Source of the DNA: Tubiluchus corallicola
Lineage: Eukaryota; Animalia; Priapulida
NCBI GenBank assembly: GCA_030141605.1
Contig: JAQGDQ010000040.1
Coordinates: 806,001-870,000, forward strand
Direction: 5' to 3'
Length of the DNA: 64,000 bases
The notes below the pieces were generated by a model. That model made no database searches and was not told where the DNA came from. It saw only the letters and a program-made list of their open reading frames with translations. Shown here in pieces: positions 40,529-52,094 of this stretch. Within the stretch, counting starts at the first letter, position 1, and every line of letters starts with the position of its first letter. A program made the position numbers and the translations under genes.

Positions 40529-42646
40529 ATGGCAGGAAGGGACTTAAATAATACTAGAAACATAGGCATCATGGCACACATTGATGCTGGTAAAACAACA
40601 ACTACTGAGAGGGTTTTATTTTACACAGGTAAGACACACCGCATTGGCGAGGTGCATGATGGCGCAGCGACAATGGACTGGATGGAGCAGGAGCAGGAGA
40701 GAGGTATAACCATCACTTCTGCGGCAACTTTTACAGAGTGGAACTACAATAATATTACTCATCAGATAAATATTATAGATACACCGGGACACGTTGATTT
40801 TACTGTTGAAGTGGAGCGGTCGCTTAGAGTTCTTGATGGAGCAGTTGCGACCTTTTGTGCGGTAGGTGGTGTTGAAGCTCAGTCGGAGACAGTCTGGCGC
40901 CAGGCCGATAAATACAATGTTCCCAAGATGGCTTTTATAAACAAGATGGATCGCCAGGGTGCAGATTTCTATAGTGTTTATAACGATGTAAAGGATAAGT
41001 TGGGAGCTAATCCGGTACCTATTCAGCTACCAATTGGTGCGGAAGAAAACTTTGTGGGGATCATAGATATAATACTGATGAAGGCTATATATTGGCATGA
41101 TGAGTCAATGGGTGCCGATTATTCGATTGAAGACATTCCATCGGATATGGTTGATAAGGCCAACGAATGGCGTGAAAAGCTTATTGAGTCTGTAGCTGAG
41201 CAGGACGAAGAGTTGATGGAACGTTTCTTTGATGACCCAGCAAGTATAACGGAAGATCAAATTAAAGTTGTTATTCGCAAAGCTACTATTGCGGGAGATA
41301 TTGTCCCGATGCTTTGTGGCTCTGCTTTTAAAAATAAAGGAGTACAGACGCTATTAGATGCAATTTGTGCTTATATGCCCAGTCCGCTTGATATTGGAGG
41401 ATTGACCGGGTTTAAACCCAAAACCAAAGAGGAGGAGACGCGTAAGCCAAGTCCGAGTGAGCCGCTGTCTGCACTTGCTTTTAAGATCGCAACTGATCCT
41501 TTTGTAGGGCGGCTGTGCTTTGTAAGAGTATATTCAGGAGCAATAGATGCGGGAGCGCACGTTTATAATCCTCGTACGGGCAATAAAGAGCGCATATCAC
41601 GTTTGTACCAAATGCACTCCAACAAGCAGCAACCGCGGGAGCGTATTGAAGCAGGTGATATATGTGCCGCAGTGGGATTCAAAGATATTCGTACAGGAGA
41701 TACGCTCTGTGCAGTAGATAAGCCTATTGAGTTGGAATCTATGACATTCCCTGAGCCTGTTATAGGTATTGCGGTTGAGCCTAAAACACAGAAGGATATG
41801 GATAAGCTTTCGAATGGTTTGTCTAAGCTGTCCGAAGAGGATCCGACATTTAGGGTAAGTGCGGATGAGAATAGTGGGCAGACCATTATTAGCGGGATGG
41901 GGGAGTTGCACTTGGAAATTATAGTTGATCGTCTCAAGCGCGAATTTAAGGTGGAGTGCAATCAGGGGAAACCTCAGGTTGCATATAAAGAGGCTATTAC
42001 AACTGAAGTTGAGTTGCGAGAAGTATTTAAAAAGCAGACAGGAGGACGTGGAAAGTTTGCAGATATATCTGTGCGTATTGCTCCTGCTGATACTGAAGAT
42101 AAGAGTGATGAGGGATTGCAGTTTGTTGATAAAATTAAAGGTGGTGTGATACCACGCGAATACATACCATCGGTAGAAAAAGGCTTTAAAGAAGCCATGA
42201 AAAACGGAGTGCTTGCTGGCTATTCTGTTGATAGTCTTAAGGTTACACTGTATGATGGTTCATTTCATCCTGTTGATTCTGATCAGTTATCATTTGAAAT
42301 TGCAGCGAGGCAAGCTTTCAAAAATGCAGCTGTAAAGGCTAAGCCGGTGCTTCTGGAGCCAATTATGCATATTGAGGTTGTTACACCTGAGGAGTACATG
42401 GGGGATATTATATCTGATCTTAACAGGCGTAGAGGGCAGGTTGAAAGCATGGATTCAAAAGCTGGTGCCAGAGTTTTGAAAGCCAGTGTCCCATTGGCAG
42501 AGCAGTTTGGGTATGTTACAGTGCTTCGCACGCTCTCCTCAGGAAGGGCAACATCTTCAATGGAGTTTGCTCATTACGCTGAAGTGCCCAAAAATATTGC
42601 TATTGAGATTTTGGAGGAGGTAAAGGGGAAAGCTGAACTTTTGTAA
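40529..42646 (+). CDS. fusA: Elongation factor G
   Basis: [23 protein letters not shown]. Confidence 0.98.
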   Translation: MAGRDLNNTRNIGIMAHIDAGKTTTTERVLFYTGKTHRIGEVHDGAATMDWMEQEQERGITITSAATFTEWNYNNITHQINIIDTPGHVDFTVEVERSLRVLDGAVATFCAVGGVEAQSETVWRQADKYNVPKMAFINKMDRQGADFYSVYNDVKDKLGANPVPIQLPIGAEENFVGIIDIILMKAIYWHDESMGADYSIEDIPSDMVDKANEWREKLIESVAEQDEELMERFFDDPASITEDQIKVVIRKATIAGDIVPMLCGSAFKNKGVQTLLDAICAYMPSPLDIGGLTGFKPKTKEEETRKPSPSEPLSALAFKIATDPFVGRLCFVRVYSGAIDAGAHVYNPRTGNKERISRLYQMHSNKQQPRERIEAGDICAAVGFKDIRTGDTLCAVDKPIELESMTFPEPVIGIAVEPKTQKDMDKLSNGLSKLSEEDPTFRVSADENSGQTIISGMGELHLEIIVDRLKREFKVECNQGKPQVAYKEAITTEVELREVFKKQTGGRGKFADISVRIAPADTEDKSDEGLQFVDKIKGGVIPREYIPSVEKGFKEAMKNGVLAGYSVDSLKVTLYDGSFHPVDSDQLSFEIAARQAFKNAAVKAKPVLLEPIMHIEVVTPEEYMGDIISDLNRRRGQVESMDSKAGARVLKASVPLAEQFGYVTVLRTLSSGRATSSMEFAHYAEVPKNIAIEILEEVKGKAELL

Positions 42647-42675
42647 AAAAATAGATATAATAACACGTTCTTATC

Positions 42676-42981
42676 ATGAGTCAGAAAATTAGGATAAAGC
42701 TAAAGTCTTACGATCATAACTTGGTTGACAAATCGGCGGAGAAGATCGTTAAAACGGTAAAAACAACCGGTGCTTTAGTTAGTGGACCAATACCGCTCCC
42801 AACACATCGCCGTATTTTTACAGTGCTGCGATCTACATTTGTGAATAAAAAGTCGAGGGAGCAATTTGAGTTATCCTCGTATAAAAGATTGATTGATATA
42901 TACAGTTCTACCGCAAAAACAATTGATGCGCTTATGAAGCTGGAGTTACCAAGCGGTGTTGAAGTGGAAATAAAAGTATGA
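42676..42981 (+). CDS. rpsJ: 30S ribosomal protein S10
   Basis: [16 protein letters not shown]. Confidence 0.98.
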   Translation: MSQKIRIKLKSYDHNLVDKSAEKIVKTVKTTGALVSGPIPLPTHRRIFTVLRSTFVNKKSREQFELSSYKRLIDIYSSTAKTIDALMKLELPSGVEVEIKV

Positions 42982-43005
42982 TAACTGCTTAAAAACAAGT
43001 AGAAA

Positions 43006-43623
43006 ATGCCAGGATTAATAGGGAAAAAGGTTGGAATGACATCTGTGTTCAGTGCGGAAGGGAAAAATCTTCCATGTACTGTAATAGAAGCAGGACCATG
43101 CTCTGTTACACAGATAAAAACCGTTGCAAATGACGGCTATGATGCTATTCAACTTGGATACTTGGACAAGAAAGAGAAGCATAGCACAAAGGCTGATATA
43201 GGACACTTTAAAAAGGCAGGCACAGCACCTAAGAGGAAACTTGTTGAGTTTGATGGTTTTGAGAGTGAGTTAAAACTTGGAGATCAGGTAACTGTTGATA
43301 TTATAAAAGAAGATGCTTGGGTTGATATATCGGGTGTTTCCAAGGGTAAAGGTTTTCAGGGTGTTGTTAAGCGTCACGGCTTTGGAGGGGTAGGACAGCA
43401 AACACATGGTCAGCATAACCGCTTGCGTGCACCTGGTTCAATTGGTGCTGCGTCATATCCTGCACGTGTATTTAAAGGTATGAAAATGGCTGGACGGGAT
43501 GGCGGGAAAAAGGTGAAGATGCAGAACTTGAGGGTTTTGAAAGTTATTCCTGAAAATAATCTTTTGATTGTTAAGGGGGCTGTGCCAGGAGCTACAGGGT
43601 CGTATTTAATTATAGAGAAGTAA
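43006..43623 (+). CDS. rplC: 50S ribosomal protein L3
   Basis: [13 protein letters not shown]; operon position. Confidence 0.98.
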   Translation: MPGLIGKKVGMTSVFSAEGKNLPCTVIEAGPCSVTQIKTVANDGYDAIQLGYLDKKEKHSTKADIGHFKKAGTAPKRKLVEFDGFESELKLGDQVTVDIIKEDAWVDISGVSKGKGFQGVVKRHGFGGVGQQTHGQHNRLRAPGSIGAASYPARVFKGMKMAGRDGGKKVKMQNLRVLKVIPENNLLIVKGAVPGATGSYLIIEK

Positions 43624-44252
43624 TGAAAATAGCAGTCTTAAATACTGAGGGAAAAGAGACAGGCAGAAGTGTAGAGCTAAACGATTCTATCTATGCTATC
43701 AGCCCCAATGATCACGCCATCTATATGGATGTTCGGCAGTATATGGCAAACCAGCATCAGGGGACTCACAAAACAAAGGAGCGAAATGCTATTGTCGGCT
43801 CAACCCGTAAGATAAAACGTCAAAAAGGTACGGGAACTGCCCGCGCTGGTAGCATCAAGTCCCCTATATTCCGTGGAGGTGGGCGGATTTTTGGCCCTCG
43901 CCCGCGCAGTTACGGCTTTAAGTTGAACAAAAAACTGAAAGTGCTAGCACGTAAATCGGCTTTAACATATAAAGCGAAAGCTGGTAATATTATTGTAGTA
44001 GAAGACTTTTCGTTTGAGGCTCCAAAGACTAAAGAGTTTGCTGCCTTGCAAAATAGCTTAAACATTAGCGATAAAAAGTCGCTAATTGTTTTATCTGAAG
44101 TAAATAAATATATATATTTGTCATCCAGAAATTTACAGAGCGCGAAAGTAGAAACGGCCTTAAATTTAAACACTTATGACATAATGCGAGCCAAGAAATT
44201 GGTTTTGGCAGAGAGTGCCGTGGGTAAAATGGATGAAATGTTTAAGGTATAA
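43623..44252 (+). CDS. rplD: 50S ribosomal protein L4
   Basis: RQKGTGTARAG, GGGRIFGPRPR. Confidence 0.98.
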   Translation: MKIAVLNTEGKETGRSVELNDSIYAISPNDHAIYMDVRQYMANQHQGTHKTKERNAIVGSTRKIKRQKGTGTARAGSIKSPIFRGGGRIFGPRPRSYGFKLNKKLKVLARKSALTYKAKAGNIIVVEDFSFEAPKTKEFAALQNSLNISDKKSLIVLSEVNKYIYLSSRNLQSAKVETALNLNTYDIMRAKKLVLAESAVGKMDEMFKV

Positions 44253-44263
44253 CTTTAGAGAAG

Positions 44264-44557
44264 ATGATTAAAATCCTGATTCGCCCTATGGTGACAGAAA
44301 AAACAACGAACCAGGCAGAAACGCTTAATCGTTATAGTTTTATTGTTGATCGCAGGGCAGACAAAATACAAATTAAGAAGGCTGTAGAAGAGCTTTACGA
44401 CGTCAGGGTTGATTCTGTCAATACAATGATCTGTGGGGGTAAAGCCAAGTCTCGCTTTACAAAGGGTGGTGTTTTGACAGGACGCACAAACTCGTATAAG
44501 AAGGCAGTTGTTACGCTAGTTGATGGCGATAGTATAGATTTTTTCAGCAATATCTGA
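44264..44557 (+). CDS. rplW: 50S ribosomal protein L23
   Basis: P.VTEK, KKAVVTL. Confidence 0.97.
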   Translation: MIKILIRPMVTEKTTNQAETLNRYSFIVDRRADKIQIKKAVEELYDVRVDSVNTMICGGKAKSRFTKGGVLTGRTNSYKKAVVTLVDGDSIDFFSNI

Positions 44558-44564
44558 TAAAGAG

Positions 44565-45389
44565 ATGGCAGTTAGAAAATTAAAACCGGTAACACCTGGG
44601 CAGAGGCATAAGATAGTAGGTGCTTTTGACACTATTACTACGGACAAGCCCGAAAAGTCATTGTTGAGGCCTATAAAGAAAACCGGTGGGAGAAACAATA
44701 CCGGTAGAATGACAATGAGGTATATTGGAGGTGGTCACAAGAGGAGGTACCGCGTTATTGACTTTAAAAGAGATAAAGACGGAATTCCTGCAAAGGTGCA
44801 CTCTATTCAGTATGATCCTAATCGCACATCACGTATTGCGCTGCTGGTATATGCTGATGGTGAAAAGCGTTATATTCTTTCACCTAATGGGCTTCAGGTA
44901 GGGCAGACGGTTGTGTCTGGAGTAGATGTTCCACCTGAGATTGGGAACTCTCTTCCTTTGGGTAAAATACCATTGGGTAGTATCATACACAATATTGAGC
45001 TGCATCCGGGCAGAGGTGGCATTATGGCGCGTTCGGCGGGAACTTATGCTCAATTAATATCGCGTGAAGGGCGATATGCGACTGTCAAGCTTCCTTCAGG
45101 GGAAACTCGTATGATACTTGTCGTATGTCGTGCAACTGTTGGTACTATTGGTAACACAGACCACGCATTAGAAAGATCAGGAAAAGCTGGGCGAAGCCGT
45201 TGGTTTGGACGTAGACCCCGCGTACGGGGAGTTGCAATGAATCCGGTTGACCATCCGATGGGTGGAGGTGAAGGGCGTGCTTCGGGGGGACATCCTCGTT
45301 CGCGTAAAGGGGTGCTTGCAAAAGGTTATAAAACCCGTTCAAAGAAGAAGGCTTCAAACAAATATATTGTTGAACGTAGGAAAAAATGA
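44565..45389 (+). CDS. rplB: 50S ribosomal protein L2
   Basis: [18 protein letters not shown]. Confidence 0.98.
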   Translation: MAVRKLKPVTPGQRHKIVGAFDTITTDKPEKSLLRPIKKTGGRNNTGRMTMRYIGGGHKRRYRVIDFKRDKDGIPAKVHSIQYDPNRTSRIALLVYADGEKRYILSPNGLQVGQTVVSGVDVPPEIGNSLPLGKIPLGSIIHNIELHPGRGGIMARSAGTYAQLISREGRYATVKLPSGETRMILVVCRATVGTIGNTDHALERSGKAGRSRWFGRRPRVRGVAMNPVDHPMGGGEGRASGGHPRSRKGVLAKGYKTRSKKKASNKYIVERRKK

Positions 45390-45397
45390 TATAAGAT

Positions 45398-45664
45398 ATG
45401 AGCCGTTCATTAAAAAAAGGGCCCTTTATAGATTTTAAGTTGGAAAAGAAAGTGCTGGCTATGAATGAGTCGGGGAAGAAATCTGTGGTGACAACTTGGG
45501 CAAGGCATTCAATGATTTCTCCGGATTTTGTAGGACACACTATTGCCGTTCATAATGGAAATAAATTTATCCCTGTATATATTACAGAAAATATGGTAGG
45601 GCATAAACTTGGTGAGTTTGCTCCAACACGTACCTTTAGAGGACATGGAGGTAAGAAAAAGTAG
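45398..45664 (+). CDS. rpsS: 30S ribosomal protein S19
   Basis: [19 protein letters not shown]. Confidence 0.98.
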   Translation: MSRSLKKGPFIDFKLEKKVLAMNESGKKSVVTTWARHSMISPDFVGHTIAVHNGNKFIPVYITENMVGHKLGEFAPTRTFRGHGGKKK

Positions 45665-45701
45665 TTTCGCACCCAACAAATAATGTAGAAAAAGTATCAG
45701 G

Positions 45702-46160
45702 ATGGAAAGTACTGAAATATTAGATAAGCTGACAAGAAAGAAGGCAAAGGAAAAAAGGAGAGAGGAGGACAAAGAAGCGAAGAAGCAGCAATGCCAAGCT
45801 GTTTTGCGAAATTGCCCTACTTCGCCACGAAAAATGCGTCTCGTTGCTGATATGGTGCGAGGGATGGAGGTAAACCGTGCATTGGATGTGTTAAAGTTTT
45901 CGCCCAAGGAAGCCTCTTTGAGGCTGGAAAAGCTACTTCTTTCTGCGATTGCCAACTGGCAAAATAAAAATGAAGGAGTAAAATTAGAGGATAATGAGCT
46001 ATATATAAGCGAAATATTTGTGGATTCGGCAAGGATGTTGAAGCGTCTCCGCCCTGCTCCTCAGGGGCGAGCTCATAGAATAAGAAAACGCTCAAACCAT
46101 GTTACGATTAAGTTGTCAACAATGAGTAGTAAAGAAAATATTAAAAAAACGCCTAAATAG
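45702..46160 (+). CDS. rplV: 50S ribosomal protein L22 with charged N-terminal extension
   Basis: [18 protein letters not shown]. Confidence 0.97.
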   Translation: MESTEILDKLTRKKAKEKRREEDKEAKKQQCQAVLRNCPTSPRKMRLVADMVRGMEVNRALDVLKFSPKEASLRLEKLLLSAIANWQNKNEGVKLEDNELYISEIFVDSARMLKRLRPAPQGRAHRIRKRSNHVTIKLSTMSSKENIKKTPK

Positions 46161-46166
46161 TATTGA

Positions 46167-46892
46167 ATGGGACAAAAAGTAAATCCTATATCTAATAGAC
46201 TAGGAATAATACGTGGATGGGACTCTAACTGGTTTGGAGGTAGCGACTACGGTGATAAACTAGTCGAAGATCAGAAAATAAGGGAGTATTTGACTGCTCG
46301 TTTGGTAAAGGCTCATATTTCAAAAATAATAATAGAGCGTACACTGAAACTTATTACAATAACGATTCATACTTCACGCCCTGGTATTATTATTGGCAGG
46401 GGGGGACAGGAGGTTGATAAGCTTAAAGAGGAGCTTAAGAAGATCACATCCAAAGAGGTTCAGATAAATATATTTGAAATTAAAAGTCCCGAATTGGATG
46501 CTCGTATTGTAGCTAATAATATAGCGCGCCAGATTGAGGGCAAAATTGCCTACAGGCGAGCAGTGAAAATGACCATTGCATCTACAATGAGAATGGGTGC
46601 AGAAGGTATTAAGGTACAGGTGTCTGGTCGTTTGAATGGTGCAGAAATGGCTCGTTCAGAGATGTATAAGGATGGCCGTACTCCGCTGCATACCTTGAGG
46701 GCGAATATTGATTATGCCCTGGCAGAGGCATTAACAAAGACAGGCCTTATAGGAGTGAAGGTGTGGATATGTAAAGGTGAGATATATGGGAAGCGGGACT
46801 TGTCACCTAATATAGGGCAGCAGCAGCGTAGCGGTGGTGCTCGTGGAGGTGCACAGGGTAAGGGAGGAAAATTTAAAAGCCATAGAGGATAA
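46167..46892 (+). CDS. rpsC: 30S ribosomal protein S3
   Basis: [17 protein letters not shown]. Confidence 0.98.
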   Translation: MGQKVNPISNRLGIIRGWDSNWFGGSDYGDKLVEDQKIREYLTARLVKAHISKIIIERTLKLITITIHTSRPGIIIGRGGQEVDKLKEELKKITSKEVQINIFEIKSPELDARIVANNIARQIEGKIAYRRAVKMTIASTMRMGAEGIKVQVSGRLNGAEMARSEMYKDGRTPLHTLRANIDYALAEALTKTGLIGVKVWICKGEIYGKRDLSPNIGQQQRSGGARGGAQGKGGKFKSHRG

Positions 46893-46927
46893 TCGTAACC
46901 CAATAAAATAAGCAAAGTTTTTTAGGG

Positions 46928-47359
46928 ATGTTACAACCAAAAAAAGTAAAATTTAGAAGAGTACAAAAGGGAAGGATGAAGGGGAATGCACAAAGAGGCA
47001 ATCAAATATCGTTCGGTACTTTTGGAATAAAGTCTTTGCAGCAAGCATGGCTTACTGGCCGTCAAATAGAAGCAGCAAGGGTTGCAGTTACCCGCCATAT
47101 GAAACGTCGAGGGCAGATTTGGATACGTGTTTTTCCTGATAAGCCAATAACTAAAAAACCTGCAGAGGTGCGTATGGGTAAGGGTAAAGGCGCGCCGGAA
47201 GCTTTTGTCGCTCCGGTAACTCCGGGACGTATTCTCATTGAGGTAGAAGGTGTACCGCTTGATCTTGCTAAAGAAGCATTGAGGCTGGCTGCCCAAAAAT
47301 TGCCTGTCACAACGAAATTTGTTGTAAGGCGTGATTATGAGGAATCATTATATAATTAG
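46928..47359 (+). CDS. rplP: 50S ribosomal protein L16
   Basis: RMGKGKG, KLP. Confidence 0.98.
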   Translation: MLQPKKVKFRRVQKGRMKGNAQRGNQISFGTFGIKSLQQAWLTGRQIEAARVAVTRHMKRRGQIWIRVFPDKPITKKPAEVRMGKGKGAPEAFVAPVTPGRILIEVEGVPLDLAKEALRLAAQKLPVTTKFVVRRDYEESLYN

Positions 47360-47384
47360 AGAATAAACTAATATATGTTAGCAG

Positions 47385-47588
47385 ATGAAGAATTCTGAGA
47401 TCAGGGAGTTAACAAGTGCTGAGATTGCAGAGAAGATCGAAAACAAGACAGAAGAGTTGGTTCGGGTGAAAATGAATCATAGTGTGAGTCCACTTGAGAA
47501 CCCATTAACGATTCGTTATGCCAGGAGAGATATTGCTAGATTGAAAACAGAATTAAGTAAACGTCAACTAGCAGATAAAAAACAATGA
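47385..47588 (+). CDS. rpmC: 50S ribosomal protein L29
   Basis: RRDIARLKT; operon position. Confidence 0.95.
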   Translation: MKNSEIRELTSAEIAEKIENKTEELVRVKMNHSVSPLENPLTIRYARRDIARLKTELSKRQLADKKQ

Positions 47589-47848
47589 CAATGGTAAAAA
47601 GAAATCTTCGCAAAGAGCGTATTGGCGTTATTGTCAGTAATAAAATGGATAAAACTATTGTTGTGGCAGAAAAGCGCAAGGTTAAACATCCTATATATGG
47701 GAAGTTTGTAAATAAAACATCCAAGTTTTATGCCCACGATGAAGTAAACACCTGTAATATAGGTGATACTGTGAGAATTATGGAAACCCGCCCTCTCTCA
47801 AAAAAGAAAGTGTGGAGATTAGTTGAAATATTAGAAAGAGCTAAGTAG
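47585..47848 (+). CDS. rpsQ: 30S ribosomal protein S17
   Basis: KMDKT, HPIYGK, ETRPLSK. Confidence 0.98.
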   Translation: MTMVKRNLRKERIGVIVSNKMDKTIVVAEKRKVKHPIYGKFVNKTSKFYAHDEVNTCNIGDTVRIMETRPLSKKKVWRLVEILERAK

Positions 47849-47850
47849 TT

Positions 47851-48216
47851 ATGGTACAACAAGAATCTCGTTGTATAGTTGCCGACAATAGCGGCGCAAA
47901 GGAGGCCTTGGTAATCCGTGTTTTGGGAGGGACAAGAAAAAGGTACGCAACAGTTGGAGACACTGTAGTGGTAACTGTGAAGAGTGCTATACCAAGCAGT
48001 GAACTTAAAAAGGGAACCGTATCGAAGGCGGTTGTTGTTCGCACACGCAAGGAAATACGCCGGAATGACGGCTCGTATATTCGTTTTGACGATAATGCAA
48101 TTGTGCTACTGAACGCAACTGATGAAATGCGTGGAACGCGTATATTTGGTCCTGTTGCGCGTGAGCTTCGTGAGGGCTATATGAAGATTGTTTCACTGGC
48201 ACCTGAAGTGTTATAA
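47851..48216 (+). CDS. rplN: 50S ribosomal protein L14
   Basis: [18 protein letters not shown]. Confidence 0.98.
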   Translation: MVQQESRCIVADNSGAKEALVIRVLGGTRKRYATVGDTVVVTVKSAIPSSELKKGTVSKAVVVRTRKEIRRNDGSYIRFDDNAIVLLNATDEMRGTRIFGPVARELREGYMKIVSLAPEVL

Positions 48217-48235
48217 ATATAGATATTGAGGAACA

Positions 48236-48559
48236 ATGCGAAAAAAGCTACATATTAAAAAAGGAGATACCGTTACCGTTATATCTGGTAATTCTAGGGG
48301 GCAGAAAGGAAGGATACTGGAGGTTATTCGTAAGACCAATCGCGCCATAGTAGAAGGTGTTAATATGGTTTCTAAACATTCCAAACCTACCTCTGAAAAT
48401 CCCCAGGGAGGGATTCTTAAGCAGGAAGCTGCTATACATATTTCTAATTTAATGCTGGTAGATCCTGCCAGTGGTAATCCGGTTCGCACCGGCCGCCGTT
48501 TAAATGACGCCGGAAGGTTGGTGCGCTACTCAAAAAAGTCAGGAGAGGAGATTAAGTGA
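48236..48559 (+). CDS. rplX: 50S ribosomal protein L24
   Basis: KKGDTV.VISG (KOW), IHISN. Confidence 0.98.
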   Translation: MRKKLHIKKGDTVTVISGNSRGQKGRILEVIRKTNRAIVEGVNMVSKHSKPTSENPQGGILKQEAAIHISNLMLVDPASGNPVRTGRRLNDAGRLVRYSKKSGEEIK

Positions 48560-49116
48560 TGAAATACGAGCCTACGTTACATAAAAAGTACAAAGAGGAG
48601 GTAACTCCCGCGTTACAAAAAAAGTTTGGATATAAATCTATTATGCAGGTGCCAAGGCTTGAAAAGATTATTATTAATCAGGGTGTTGGCGCAGCGGTTG
48701 CTGATAGAAAGCTCATAGATGTTGCTGTGGAGGAGCTGTCATCTATTTCAGGACAAAGAGCTGTTTCCACTGTTTCATCTAAGGATATATCTAACTTTAA
48801 GCTTAGAAAGAATATGCCTATTGGCGTTAGGGTAACATTACGCAGGGATAGGATGTATGAATTTTTGAATCGTTTGATCTGTGTTGCTCTTCCAAGAATT
48901 AGAGATTTTAAAGGGGTAACAAGTAAATTGGATGGTGGAGGAAATTATACGCTCGGTGTTACCGAACAAATTATTTTTCCTGAGATTGTTATTGATAAGG
49001 TGAGTCGCCTGAATGGGTATAATATAACGTTTGTTACATCGGCAAAGACAGATGAGGAGGGCTTTGCTCTGCTGGAGCAGTTCGGTATGCCATTTAAAGG
49101 CGCTAAAAAGAATTAG
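48559..49116 (+). CDS. rplE: 50S ribosomal protein L5
   Basis: [15 protein letters not shown]. Confidence 0.98.
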   Translation: MKYEPTLHKKYKEEVTPALQKKFGYKSIMQVPRLEKIIINQGVGAAVADRKLIDVAVEELSSISGQRAVSTVSSKDISNFKLRKNMPIGVRVTLRRDRMYEFLNRLICVALPRIRDFKGVTSKLDGGGNYTLGVTEQIIFPEIVIDKVSRLNGYNITFVTSAKTDEEGFALLEQFGMPFKGAKKN

Positions 49117-49118
49117 AT

Positions 49119-49388
49119 ATGGCTAAAGAATCAATGAAAGCCCGGGAGGTAAAAAGGGCTAAGCTTGTTGAAAAATATGCAGCTAAACGTGCAAAACTTA
49201 AGGAGGAGGGTGATTATGTAGGACTTAGCAAGCTGCCACGTAACTCATCGCGTGTTCGTTTACACAATCGGTGTAAAATTACAGGGCGCCCAAAGGGGTA
49301 CATGCGTCAGTTCGGTATTTCCAGAATTCAATTTCGTGAGATGGCTTCTAACGGGTTGATTCCGGGGGTGAAAAAAGCTAGTTGGTAA
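49119..49388 (+). CDS. rpsN: 30S ribosomal protein S14 (89-aa zinc-free type)
   Basis: [15 protein letters not shown]; one Cys. Confidence 0.97.
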   Translation: MAKESMKAREVKRAKLVEKYAAKRAKLKEEGDYVGLSKLPRNSSRVRLHNRCKITGRPKGYMRQFGISRIQFREMASNGLIPGVKKASW

Positions 49389-49412
49389 ATTAAATTAATT
49401 TAATATAAGAGA

Positions 49413-49808
49413 ATGGACACTATCGCGGATTATCTTACCTGTATAAGGAATGCTATTATGGCAAAGCATAAAGTTGTGGAAGTTCCCGCATCCAACCTTA
49501 AAAAGGAGATAACAAAGATACTTAAAGAGAAGGGGTATATACTCAACTATAAGATAGATAAGGAAAAGAATTATCAGGGAAGCATAAAGATTGCTCTTAA
49601 GTATCACCCTGAAGATGGTACGCCTGCAATAAAGGCATTAAAGCGTATTTCTAAACCGGGATTGCGCCATTACTGTGATATGAATACCATTCCCCGTGTG
49701 CTTAATGGATTGGGGATTGCTATTATTTCAACATCTAAAGGAGTTATTACGGACAAAGAAGCCAAAGGTTTGAACGTTGGTGGAGAGGTTTTATGTTATG
49801 TCTACTAA
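49413..49808 (+). CDS. rpsH: 30S ribosomal protein S8
   Basis: SKPGLR, STSKG, GGEVLC. Confidence 0.97.
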   Translation: MDTIADYLTCIRNAIMAKHKVVEVPASNLKKEITKILKEKGYILNYKIDKEKNYQGSIKIALKYHPEDGTPAIKALKRISKPGLRHYCDMNTIPRVLNGLGIAIISTSKGVITDKEAKGLNVGGEVLCYVY

Positions 49809-49827
49809 TGTCAGGAGGAATTAAACA

Positions 49828-50382
49828 ATGTCAAGAATAGGTAAACAACCCATTGAAATACCAGCAGGATCGACAGTGAGCGTAAATAGCGAAAATGTTG
49901 TTACTGTAAAAGGTCCGAAAGGCGAGCTTTCTCAGAAAGTAACTTCCGAGTATAAGATATTGATTGAAGATACCCGGGTAGTGGTTACCAGGCCTACTGA
50001 TCAAAAGCAACATCGTGCTATGCACGGATTATATCGTTCGCTCATAAATAATATGGTTGAGGGTGTATCAAAGGGCTTTGAGTTAGAGCTTGAATTGGTA
50101 GGTATAGGTTATCGTGCCGAGTTAAAGGGACAGTTGCTTGATTTGACATTGGGCTATTCTCACCGTATCTACTTTCAGATACCCCCAGAGGTAAAGGTGG
50201 AGGCAGTTACCGACAAAAGGAATAACCCAGTTATTACGTTAAAAAGTGTAGATAAGCAATTGCTTGGTCAGGTAGCAGCGAAGATAAGGTCGCTCCGTAA
50301 GCCGGAGCCGTATAAAGGTAAAGGCATCAGATTTGTTGGCGAGCAGCTTCGTCATAAAGCTGGTAAGTCGGCTAGTGTTTAA
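49828..50382 (+). CDS. rplF: 50S ribosomal protein L6
   Basis: MSRIGK, PEPYKGKGI. Confidence 0.98.
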   Translation: MSRIGKQPIEIPAGSTVSVNSENVVTVKGPKGELSQKVTSEYKILIEDTRVVVTRPTDQKQHRAMHGLYRSLINNMVEGVSKGFELELELVGIGYRAELKGQLLDLTLGYSHRIYFQIPPEVKVEAVTDKRNNPVITLKSVDKQLLGQVAAKIRSLRKPEPYKGKGIRFVGEQLRHKAGKSASV

Positions 50383-50403
50383 TTAAGTGAATTATTTTGA
50401 ATT

Positions 50404-50760
50404 ATGGCTCTTACAAAGCAAAAAAGAAGGGACAGAATAAGGAAAAGAATTAGAAAGGTGGTATCCGGCTCTTCAGAAATACCCCGCATGAGTGTATTTC
50501 GAAGCAATAAGCAGATATATATTCAGATGGTTGATGATATTGCCGGGAAAACTCTGTTGACTGCTTCTTCGTTAAATAAAGAGATTGTTGCTCAGTCTGG
50601 CAATAAGATAGAGAAAGCCGCCATGGTGGGTAAATTAGCCGCAGAGAAGGCGAGTGCTGCAGGAATTAAAAAAGTGAAATTTGACAGAGGCGGATATCTG
50701 TATCATGGGAGAGTGAAAGCAGTTGCTGATGCAGCGCGTGAAGGGGGGCTTAAATTCTAA
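50404..50760 (+). CDS. rplR: 50S ribosomal protein L18
   Basis: [12 protein letters not shown]. Confidence 0.98.
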   Translation: MALTKQKRRDRIRKRIRKVVSGSSEIPRMSVFRSNKQIYIQMVDDIAGKTLLTASSLNKEIVAQSGNKIEKAAMVGKLAAEKASAAGIKKVKFDRGGYLYHGRVKAVADAAREGGLKF

Positions 50761-50767
50761 ATAAGTT

Positions 50768-51283
50768 ATGGCAAAAAACGTCAAAAAGGTAAAAACTACT
50801 GATCTTGATCTTAAAGACAGGTTAGTAGCAATTAATCGTGTTACCAAGGTTACTAAGGGTGGCCGTACATTCAGCTTTTCAGCTATTGTTGTTGTTGGGA
50901 ATGAGGATGGAGTAGTAGGCTGGGGTCTTGGCAAAGCCAATGAGGTTTCATCAGCCATTGCGAAAGGGATTGACACAGCAAAGAAGAATCTTGTACGGGT
51001 TCCTGTTATAAATGGCACTGTTCCTCATGAACAGAGTGCTAGATATGGTGGAGCACGTATCTTTCTAAAGCCAGCTTCTTCTGGTACAGGGGTAAAAGCT
51101 GGAGGAGCGATGCGTGCAGTGTTGGATAGTGCGGGGGTGCATGACATACTTGCAAAATCAAAAGGTTCATCAAACCCACACAACTTAGTGAAAGCTACTT
51201 TTGAGGCGCTGCTCGAAATGAGGGATGCGCGTATGGTGGCAGAGCACCGCGGTGTTACCCTGGACAAAGTGTATAATGGTTAA
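50768..51283 (+). CDS. rpsE: 30S ribosomal protein S5
   Basis: [10 protein letters not shown]. Confidence 0.98.
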   Translation: MAKNVKKVKTTDLDLKDRLVAINRVTKVTKGGRTFSFSAIVVVGNEDGVVGWGLGKANEVSSAIAKGIDTAKKNLVRVPVINGTVPHEQSARYGGARIFLKPASSGTGVKAGGAMRAVLDSAGVHDILAKSKGSSNPHNLVKATFEALLEMRDARMVAEHRGVTLDKVYNG

Positions 51284-51298
51284 ATGCTAAATATTGTA

Positions 51299-51478
51299 AT
51301 GGCAAAAATTCGTATTACTCAGATAAAAAGCAGGATTGGCTCTTCAAAAACTCAAAAGAGGACACTGGATGCACTTGGACTACGAAAGTTGAATCGTGCT
51401 ATAGAGCATAAGTCAACTCCTCAAATCAAAGGAATGGTAGCTAAGGTAGGACATTTGCTAAAAGTAGAGGAGGTCTAG
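51299..51478 (+). CDS. rpmD: 50S ribosomal protein L30
   Basis: TL.ALGLRK, GM..KV.HL; start placed at MAKI. Confidence 0.95.
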   Translation: MAKIRITQIKSRIGSSKTQKRTLDALGLRKLNRAIEHKSTPQIKGMVAKVGHLLKVEEV

Positions 51479-51594
51479 CGTCCATACGTGGTTTTTTATA
51501 AAAATATACTTGGTAGAGTGTGAGTTATGGCATACTTTTGCCGGGTGAAAAGTTTGGGTTATAAATATAAGTTGGATAAAGTTATTTTTTAGAT

Positions 51595-52044
51595 ATGGAA
51601 TTGCATAATTTAAAGCCTGCAGAAGGTTCTGTTAGAAAGAAGAAGCGGATAGGGAGGGGACAAGGTTCAGGACGTGGTGGCACTTCCACACGTGGGCATA
51701 AAGGAGCAAAGTCACGTTCTGGCTACAAGCGTAAAACAGGCTTTCAGGGGGGACAAATGCCACTACACCGCCTTGTGCCAAAATTTGGTTTTAAAAACAT
51801 CAATAGGGTAGAGTACAGGGGTGTGAACCTGGGTACATTACAAAAGCTTGTTGAAAAGAAAGGGTTGAGTACTATTGATTTGCAGACTATTGTTGAGGCG
51901 AGGCTTGCTGTGAAAAAAGCGAAGGTTAAGATTTTAGGAGGAGGGGAGTTAAAAGCAAAGAAGTTGGTTGTTAAGGCTCATGCTTTTTCAAAAAGTGCAA
52001 AAGAGGCAATTGAAAAGTTAGAAGGAACGGTTGAAGTGCTTTGA
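51595..52044 (+). CDS. rplO: 50S ribosomal protein L15
   Basis: RIGRGQGSG, GGQMPL. Confidence 0.98.
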   Translation: MELHNLKPAEGSVRKKKRIGRGQGSGRGGTSTRGHKGAKSRSGYKRKTGFQGGQMPLHRLVPKFGFKNINRVEYRGVNLGTLQKLVEKKGLSTIDLQTIVEARLAVKKAKVKILGGGELKAKKLVVKAHAFSKSAKEAIEKLEGTVEVL

Positions 52045-52094
52045 GGTATGGGTTTACAGCAGAAGTATTTTTAAAATAGAACACTATATAACTA

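Noticed and set aside
42646-42676. tuf missing after fusA; zinc-free S14 and L36
   Set aside because: Normal for Bacteroidota
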